This document shows, piece by piece, positions 57,537 through 64,000 of a DNA stretch of 64,000 bases. This DNA comes from an uncultured bacterium. GTDB taxonomy: Bacteria; Hinthialibacterota; Hinthialibacteria; OLB16. Both the position numbers and the translations under genes were made by a program. Under the pieces are notes generated by a model. It made no database searches and was not told where the DNA came from. It worked only from the letters and a program-made list of their open reading frames with translations. Each line of letters begins with the position of its first letter. Position 1 is the first letter of the stretch. Location of the stretch: positions 169 to 64,168 of the forward strand of contig CAYZUX010000008.1 in assembly GCA_964481775.1 (NCBI GenBank), given 5' to 3'.

Positions 57537-60155
57537 TCAACGCCTCCAGGGCAAACGATCCTCACGCATCAGCCAGGCCTCGGAGACAATCGTTCCCCAT
57601 CCCCCGCTGTTACGCCAGATTTCCCGTTCAACCCGGGGACCAATGGCCACATCGGCTGCTTTTTGGAACCGGACGACCAGCTCCCCATCTGCCACACACT
57701 CCCTGGGAATCTGGAAGGTGAAAAAGTCACTCATCTGTTCAGGAAGCTCCAGGTCTTCCACAAGAGGAATATCATCCGCGTAGATGGACTCACTCTTCTG
57801 ATTCATCCGGGTGGCATACCGTTCCTGATACCAGGGCCTGACCAGGGTGAAGCACACCCGGTATTGAGCCTGAGGATCGAGATCCCTGTAATGAAAAGTC
57901 ACCCCCTGGGATTCATCTTGGGTGAACGACATCGAACGCTGGCTGGGACGATTGGCTTCGGAGAGCATCCCTGTCACATAAGGTTGCCCGTGATCATAGG
58001 GGTAACCGGCCACCAGGTTCGGTGCTGGATTGAAGGTTCCGCAATTATCATAGAACCCACCTTCCCCGGCATCTTCATACCGAATGATCCGCCACAGTAA
58101 TTCCCGTTGCGGGTCATCTTCAGCCTTGAGAGCACGTTCGAGCTGACGGTGGATCCAACCCAGGCCGATGAAGTCGTGTTCGAGGCTATAAATTCCCTCG
58201 CTGCGCACTCCAAAGAGTTCGTTGCTTTCCTCTCCAAGCTGTGTAGCTTCCTCGCGCAGCTGCTGCATTTCTCTCGTTTCTTCGAGTTGTCCCACCAAGT
58301 CCAGCGCCTCTCTGATGGCGGATTCATAATCGCCCGTTTTGAATCCCTCCTCGATACGTTGTTCAATCTGTTCACGAAGGGCAACCTGCTGCTGAACACG
58401 CAGCTTGACATACTTGTCGATCGCTCCTTTCTGCATGTACTCCCGCCAGAGCCAATTTCTGGAGAGTAGCGTTGGGGAAATCTTCTGGCCGGCTTCCTTT
58501 ACCAGGTTGTAGTAGTTGTCGATTCCCTCCTTGCGGGTAATCGGGGTGCCAGGATCTTCTTCGAGATACTCTTCCATCTGGAAAATCGCCCTGGCCATCA
58601 GGGGTGCGGCTTCCCTGCCGAACCAGGTGCGGCAATATTCAGAGACAAGATCCTCAACGGATGTTTGGGGTGCCCAGAGCAGCCGTTGCCACATCCATTG
58701 GTTGAAGTGGTCATGACTTCCGCTCGAATGAGTCATGTCGCCCACGCCATAACGGAGCAGCTGGTTGAAGACCCAATGGTAATAGCGTGGCCAGGCATAA
58801 AAGGTCAGGCGGTCATACACCATGGTGAGCGCCTGGTCGGGACGGCGTTCGTAGATGAAGTGGTTCCAATGGGGAGGCTGGTTACCAACCCGGTCCGCTC
58901 GAGGATACATCTGGATATAGCCATGCTGTGAATACCGCCAGTGGGTGATCTCGTTGTAAAAGAGGAGAACCTGGTGGGGGGGAAGCTGGTGCAGAATTTC
59001 CTGGCAGTAACGTCCAAAAGGACCGAAACCGGGATACCGAAAGAGGTCCATCCGGTGGGTTTGACGGTGCCCGGGTTGCCAGCTCATGGCATCCGAACCG
59101 GGACCATAGCAAAACCCCCACAGCCATGTCCGCGGCTTTTCCTGAAGATATTCGAAGATCACATTGTCATCTTCATTGTCAAATTTCTGATTGGTGATAT
59201 AGACCCTGGAATCGGGGTGGTACTTGTGGACAATGCCCGCCATCTCCTCGACAAGGTGGATGAAGGTCTTCCCATAGGGATCGCACTTGTCACATTCACA
59301 TCCACCTCCATCGCCCCCATGGAACCTGACAAAATCGAAGAAAGGGGATTCGCGGAAATGTTTATCGCAGGCCTCAAGCAATGCCGCATGGGCTTCTGGA
59401 ACCGAAGGACAGAGATATCCTTCACGGCCAATGGATTCCTTGGCTGCCCATTCCGGAGGTCCGGTTCCGGTGTTGGGTCCGAAGCCATCCTGAGTCATCA
59501 GTCCAAATGATTTAATGAAGTCATAAAAAGGGCCAGGCTCAACTGCGAGCACATTCGCACCGGCGAGGGCATAATCCAGGATGACCCGTTGAGTTTCCTC
59601 TTCAGTCCAATCACGTACTTTGGCGAGGCGCTTGGCAACTCCACTCTGACCAAATTGGGTTCCGCGCACCATAAAGGCAGGCGCAGTACGGAATTCTTTG
59701 GGAAGAACCAGATTGTATCCCGTTGGATTCCATTCCACACGCCTTAGAATCTCCCCGGCGGCATAGAGAACTCCGCGTTCATCGACCCCAGCGGCCAGCA
59801 GGCATTGTCCATTTAAGCCGGGAAGGAGCTGGAGAAGAAATCCTTCCGGGCCTGGATCCTGAAACGAGAGAGGCTTGATCCTGTGTGTGTTGATTTCCCT
59901 GGAAATGCAGTCGTGATTGGTTGGAAGGCCCAGAAGGAGGATCAACTCGTTGGTCGATGGCGAGATGGAGGAAGATTCCGGGACGATCTGTACAGGCAAG
60001 CCGGTGGGTTCTGAAAGACGTGCCTGAAGCAAATCCGCAACACGCTGTTCAATGGCCGTGGCGCGATTCCCGGTTTGAATTACGATGCCAGTGACATCGA
60101 GGTGCTCTTCGATGGGGGCAAGAGTAAGAAGCATCGGAACCAGAATGTGAAGCAT
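57537..60155 (-). CDS. Secreted hypothetical glycoside hydrolase-like protein (GH20/GH67-type N-terminal domain)
   Basis: EGFLL..LLAAGVDERGVLYAAGEILR..APAFMVRG N-terminal module, HGGDGGGCECDKC, and a C-terminal beta-sandwich. Start moved to MLHILVPM. Confidence 0.65.
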   Translation of the reverse strand: MLHILVPMLLTLAPIEEHLDVTGIVIQTGNRATAIEQRVADLLQARLSEPTGLPVQIVPESSSISPSTNELILLLGLPTNHDCISREINTHRIKPLSFQDPGPEGFLLQLLPGLNGQCLLAAGVDERGVLYAAGEILRRVEWNPTGYNLVLPKEFRTAPAFMVRGTQFGQSGVAKRLAKVRDWTEEETQRVILDYALAGANVLAVEPGPFYDFIKSFGLMTQDGFGPNTGTGPPEWAAKESIGREGYLCPSVPEAHAALLEACDKHFRESPFFDFVRFHGGDGGGCECDKCDPYGKTFIHLVEEMAGIVHKYHPDSRVYITNQKFDNEDDNVIFEYLQEKPRTWLWGFCYGPGSDAMSWQPGHRQTHRMDLFRYPGFGPFGRYCQEILHQLPPHQVLLFYNEITHWRYSQHGYIQMYPRADRVGNQPPHWNHFIYERRPDQALTMVYDRLTFYAWPRYYHWVFNQLLRYGVGDMTHSSGSHDHFNQWMWQRLLWAPQTSVEDLVSEYCRTWFGREAAPLMARAIFQMEEYLEEDPGTPITRKEGIDNYYNLVKEAGQKISPTLLSRNWLWREYMQKGAIDKYVKLRVQQQVALREQIEQRIEEGFKTGDYESAIREALDLVGQLEETREMQQLREEATQLGEESNELFGVRSEGIYSLEHDFIGLGWIHRQLERALKAEDDPQRELLWRIIRYEDAGEGGFYDNCGTFNPAPNLVAGYPYDHGQPYVTGMLSEANRPSQRSMSFTQDESQGVTFHYRDLDPQAQYRVCFTLVRPWYQERYATRMNQKSESIYADDIPLVEDLELPEQMSDFFTFQIPRECVADGELVVRFQKAADVAIGPRVEREIWRNSGGWGTIVSEAWLMREDRLPWRR

Positions 60156-60282
60156 GGAATCCACCTCCAGGGGAATCATTGTTGTGGATCGTAGTGGATT
60201 CCCGCTTTCGCGGGAATCCACGGTTACGCCCTTTTTCAACGGCTGCTGGTGCTTCGTTGATTTGGTTGTGCAACGTTTCAGA

Positions 60283-60370
60283 CCTCATCCCCCCACCCCC
60301 CTTCTCCCATAGGGCGAAGGGGGAGCCACAAGTCCCCTCGCCCCGCGGGAGAGGGGATATAGGGGTGAGG
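60283..60370. repeat. Palindromic MITE-like element, family C (double hairpin)
   Basis: CCTCATCCCCC..CCTTCTCCC-AT-AGGGCGAAGGGGG..CCCCTCGCCCCGCGGGAGAGGGG..GGGGTGAGG. Confidence 0.72.
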
Positions 60371-60487
60371 TTTCTGTTGCTACATCATTCCTACAACGCA
60401 CTAGGTTTTCCTGCTCCATGCCTTACAATGGCAACCTGTGGCAGCCTTGTTTTGATCAGTCACCTGGAGAGCCGTGAGGTATTTCTG

Positions 60488-62254
60488 ATGAAAAGAATTC
60501 CAGCGTTTTTTGTCGCCATGCTGTGTATTGCGGGGAGCATGCCAGCAATGACGGAGGAGGAGAAGCAGATGTTGCTCAAGGGAGCTTTGGAAGAACCCCT
60601 GTATCTTTATGAATTGAATACGCATGGAACCAGCGTTGCCTATGATGAAGCCCTGGTGGTGGCCTGTCTCCAGGGTATCCTCAACCGGGATATGCCCCGT
60701 CTGTATGTCCTCTCCTCGGCCAACACCAAACCGAAGTACTGGCTGGAGAAGATGACCAGTGAGGGTTACTGGCTTGCATCCCGCAGACAGGAAAAGCTCC
60801 CGGACATCGATGCTCTGGTTTCACTTGCGAATGAAAAGTTGAAGGGGGTGGTTATCTGGGATCCGGAGGTGCCCGCCTCAGTCAATGTTGCCACCACCAT
60901 CGCCGGAGTGAAGGACGGGGTGGTTCTCAGCCCGGAGATGGCGGAGCGATTCAATGCGAAATGGAAACTCCCCGTTCTCGAAGATCTGAGAGGGCGCTTC
61001 ACCGGCGCAGAAACCGGCAGCAGGAAAAATGATGCTTACCGTTGGGCGGTTCGTGAATACCTCGCGAAAGGATTGTGCTCTTCACACCTTCTTTGTCTCT
61101 TCGAAGACAGTGCCAAGGTCAGGGAGACCGGTGGCACGGGATATGTCATCACACGCGACTGGGCAGTCAGGAACCGCTCTTTTGTTTTTGACCTCTCACC
61201 CTGGGGGGATGAAACTCCCAAGGATGACCCCACTCAACCTCTGGGGACCGATCTCGCGACATACCACATGATCCTCCAGGAGACGCTCAACCATTCAGCG
61301 GGAAAATGCATGACCGAGCTGACCGGTTTCTTTTCATTCTGGAAATACAGCCATGTCGAGGGATATGCCAGCAAGCATGAGCCAGTTCCAACCGAGTGGG
61401 AAACGGTCTACCTCATCTCGCCTTACAACTGTTATCAGAACACCATCTCCAGCGATTGTTTCAACCAATCGCTCCACTGCCAGGCTCCATTTTCCAAGTT
61501 GACGCAACGCCGTCCGAAACCGATCGGCCAGGTGGAGAAGAAGGCCTATATCAGCATCCTCATGGCCGACTATGACTCGGCAACTCCGCTCTATGATTTC
61601 CTCCCCAGGCTCTGGGATGACCCCAACCGGGGGAAAATCCCGCTCGCCTGGGGGATCAATCCGAATCTCATTGAGACCTACCCGGATCTTATCAGTTACC
61701 TGTACGCCACCGCCACGGAAAACGACATCTTCACCGCCGATGCCAGCGCCGCGGGGTACATGAATCCCAACCGGGTGAAACCGGAGTATCTCCCTCTCTT
61801 CATCCAGCACAACAAGCGTTTCTTTGAGCTGACGGATATGACCATGGCTCCCATGGTTCTCGATTGGGACCAACCCACTACGGCTGTGAAAGATGCCTTC
61901 ACCCAGTTTTCACCGGATGGATTCGCGACGATCGTGATGGATCTGCATGAGACTGGTGGAGTAACCCCCAAGCCACATGTCTGGAAGGGAATGCCGGTGA
62001 CCGAACTGATCAACGACACCTGCAACTTCTCAAGCGCCAAACAGACCGCCGACGCCATGTATGGCGCCATCAGGCAGCGTGGGAATACGAAGCCTGGATT
62101 CTATTTCTTCCGGATCGTGTGGACTCCGCCCGCCTCCATTCTTGAATCTCTTGATGTTCTTCGCTCCGAGCATCCGGATTTGGATTTCCAGGTGGTGGAT
62201 CCGTATAACTTCTTCGGTTTGTTCAAAAAACACAGCGGGGAGAACATAGAATAA
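60488..62254 (+). CDS. GxGYxYP-domain putative glycoside hydrolase
   Basis: ACLQGILNR..PRLY, VIWDP.VPAS.NVATTIAG, EDLRGRF, DAYRWA and IPLAWGINP; signal peptide from ATG 60488. Confidence 0.82.
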   Translation: MKRIPAFFVAMLCIAGSMPAMTEEEKQMLLKGALEEPLYLYELNTHGTSVAYDEALVVACLQGILNRDMPRLYVLSSANTKPKYWLEKMTSEGYWLASRRQEKLPDIDALVSLANEKLKGVVIWDPEVPASVNVATTIAGVKDGVVLSPEMAERFNAKWKLPVLEDLRGRFTGAETGSRKNDAYRWAVREYLAKGLCSSHLLCLFEDSAKVRETGGTGYVITRDWAVRNRSFVFDLSPWGDETPKDDPTQPLGTDLATYHMILQETLNHSAGKCMTELTGFFSFWKYSHVEGYASKHEPVPTEWETVYLISPYNCYQNTISSDCFNQSLHCQAPFSKLTQRRPKPIGQVEKKAYISILMADYDSATPLYDFLPRLWDDPNRGKIPLAWGINPNLIETYPDLISYLYATATENDIFTADASAAGYMNPNRVKPEYLPLFIQHNKRFFELTDMTMAPMVLDWDQPTTAVKDAFTQFSPDGFATIVMDLHETGGVTPKPHVWKGMPVTELINDTCNFSSAKQTADAMYGAIRQRGNTKPGFYFFRIVWTPPASILESLDVLRSEHPDLDFQVVDPYNFFGLFKKHSGENIE

Positions 62255-62287
62255 GGGAAACCCATTGATCGAGCCTGTAGCATAACC

Positions 62288-62369
62288 GAGTGGCGAATCT
62301 ATTCGCCTTTTTCTATGCAGCAACCTCATCGTCCGCATGGGACTCAGAGAGCGAATGAATTCGCCACTC
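62288..62369. repeat. REPIN-like doublet, REP family B variant (GTGG), between convergent genes
   Basis: GAGTGGCGAATCTATTCGC (62288-62306) and inverted GCGAATGAATTCGCCACTC (62351-62369). Confidence 0.75.
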
Positions 62370-62408
62370 CGCTTTTTTTCGTTTTCTGGGTTATTTCAAG
62401 GGAGCATT

Positions 62409-63167
62409 CTACGTCGAGCTCACAATATCCGTCAGTTCCTCGATACTCGTGTCCTCTTTGCGGACCTCCCTGATAATCTGTCCCTTGCTGAGAATCACGA
62501 ATCTCTCGGCGGTGTGGTAACCATGGTACATGTTGTGAGTCACTAGGACGCTGGAGACGCCTTCATTTTTGAGATCGCGGATATATTGCAGCGTTTTTTC
62601 GGTTTCCCTGACCGAGAGGGCGCTGGTGGGTTCATCCAGCAGGAGGATCCTGTTCTTGAAGTGCACCGCGCGGGCGAGGGCCACCGCCTGTTTTTGTCCG
62701 CCGGAAAGACCGCCCACATACTGATCAGTTGAGCGGATTCCGGAGATCCCCACAGTGTGTTCCAGGACCTCCATGGCCTTCTTTTTCATGTGGTTCATGC
62801 GCAGGAAACCGAGAAAGTTGGTCTCCTCGCGTCCCAGGAAAATGTTCCGCATGATATCCATCTGATCGATGAGCGCAATATCCTGGTAGATCGTTTCGAT
62901 ACCCAGCAGGTATGAATCCTTTCGCGACCTCACCCGCACGGGTTTCCCATCCGCCAGGAATTCCCCGCTGGTCGGTTGGACAATCCCGGACAGGATTTTC
63001 ACCAGGGTCGATTTCCCGGCGCCATTATCACCAAGCAGGCCGATCACCTCGCCCGGGTTGATCTGGAAATTGATCTGATCGAGCGCCACCACTGCACCAT
63101 AGCGTTTGGTCACGCCACGCAGTTCGATCAGGGGTGTCAGGTTACTCGCGGGAGCCTGGACGCTCAT
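62409..63167 (-). CDS. Sugar ABC transporter ATP-binding protein (single domain)
   Basis: GDNGAGKST, IYQDIAL, LSGGQKQ and LLLDEPT. Confidence 0.95.
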   Translation of the reverse strand: MSVQAPASNLTPLIELRGVTKRYGAVVALDQINFQINPGEVIGLLGDNGAGKSTLVKILSGIVQPTSGEFLADGKPVRVRSRKDSYLLGIETIYQDIALIDQMDIMRNIFLGREETNFLGFLRMNHMKKKAMEVLEHTVGISGIRSTDQYVGGLSGGQKQAVALARAVHFKNRILLLDEPTSALSVRETEKTLQYIRDLKNEGVSSVLVTHNMYHGYHTAERFVILSKGQIIREVRKEDTSIEELTDIVSST

Positions 63168-64000
63168 GATCCGTGCTCCCGGTTTGAAAGATTATTCAGG
63201 ATCGCGGCAGCAACAATCAGCAGCCCGATGAACAGTTCCAGTGAATCACCCGGCGCGCGCAGCAGGATCAGCACATTATCGATGGTATGCAGCAGCGCGG
63301 CTCCCAGCAGAATTCCCAGGATGGTACCGCTTCCGCCGCTCAGGGAGAGACCACCAATCACGCAGGCGGCGATGGCCTGCAGCTCCATGCCGCGTCCCTG
63401 GACAGGCGAGACCGAGTGAACACGGACGGTGCTGAGGACTCCCGCCAGCGCCGCCAAGACACCGACAAGGACAAAACAAACCACCTTCACCTGTTTCGGA
63501 TTCACCCCAATGGCGATCGCCGAGGCAGCATTTCCACCCACCGCGAAGACATGATTTCCAAACTTGTGCCGTTCCAGCAACAGGTAACCTCCCACTGCAA
63601 TGACAATCAGCCACAGGAACTGAATCTGCAGAATCCCATAGGATCCGGCGAAGAACGACTCCAAAGAGGATTCGGGACGGAATGGTTGAGTGACTCCCTG
63701 CGAACAGACCAGGATGATCCCCCGCCAGAACATCATCGTTCCCAGTGTCGCAATGAAAGAGGGGATCCGTGCCTTCACTGTAATCAGTCCATTGAGCAAC
63801 CCCATGAGCCCCCCCATGAGGATGGCGAGTAGCGCAGCCAGGGATGCAGGCAGAAATTGGTGGTTGAACATCCAGGCCATTGCAAAGGATGTAAAAGCGA
63901 AGGTCGATCCCACCGAGAGATCAAACTCCCCGGCGATCATCAGGATCCCGACCCCGACGGACAGAATCGCGAGGACTGGCACTGTCTTGAGCAGGGTTTC
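63164..64000 (-). CDS. Sugar ABC transporter permease (RbsC family), 5' end outside window
   Basis: GEFDLSVGS, RIPSFIATLG, KFGNHVFAVGGN and ELQAIAACVIGG.SL.GG.G. Confidence 0.94.
   Translation of the reverse strand, partial: ETLLKTVPVLAILSVGVGILMIAGEFDLSVGSTFAFTSFAMAWMFNHQFLPASLAALLAILMGGLMGLLNGLITVKARIPSFIATLGTMMFWRGIILVCSQGVTQPFRPESSLESFFAGSYGILQIQFLWLIVIAVGGYLLLERHKFGNHVFAVGGNAASAIAIGVNPKQVKVVCFVLVGVLAALAGVLSTVRVHSVSPVQGRGMELQAIAACVIGGLSLSGGSGTILGILLGAALLHTIDNVLILLRAPGDSLELFIGLLIVAAAILNNLSNREHGS

Noticed and set aside
60179-60487. ORF-track N-terminal extensions (also 52543-52665, 11901-12020, 23928-24233, 24701-24844, 60156-60239)
   Set aside because: They run through repeat elements or neighbouring genes; downstream starts fit better, having SD sites, signal peptides or the start of family homology.
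1-64000. tRNA, rRNA, integrase, transposase or prophage genes
   Set aside because: None recognised by eye. The fibre-like gene has a signal peptide and no phage neighbours. A tRNAscan/Infernal run would be needed to exclude small RNAs.

Overview
Bacterial chromosomal window with about 45 CDS and no rRNA, tRNA or CRISPR array. The host lineage is inferred only: the pilin-like, dockerin-like and C-terminal WxxY motifs resemble those of Sumerlaeota/OLB16/Hydrogenedentota-type candidate phyla. Gene order: acnA (partial); ddl and nusA-infB-rbfA-truB, with a rimP-leader-like hairpin but no rimP; a minimal sigma-54 activator; a dockerin-like/tail-fibre-like secreted protein; a GT-C membrane glycosyltransferase; a large unknown secreted protein with a STAS partner; hpt; an amber-interrupted SphA-like beta-barrel gene; a 10-gene complex I-like operon nuoA-B-D-H-I-J-K-L-M-N; a pilin-like gene; GH172 plus a GHMP kinase; a STAS-PAS-PAS-HK-REC kinase, divergent PII and glnA; a fused DUF4160/DUF2442 remnant; a 1199-codon glycosidase-like gene with an opal stop in its signal peptide; a histidine kinase-waaF-degenerate amidase-GerMN-murI envelope operon; and a carbohydrate-use block (GH116, GGT, GH16, FGE-sialidase, GxGYxYP, sugar ABC). 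The most striking observation is the complex I cassette. It lacks nuoEFG and also nuoC. Its NuoL carries an exact 26-residue tandem duplication in the transverse helix, the signature of four-antiporter (2M) complexes, yet only one nuoM is present. Three families of short palindromic repeats are present; REP GTAG ends supply the nuoH and nuoI stop codons, and one REP lies in frame inside a CDS.
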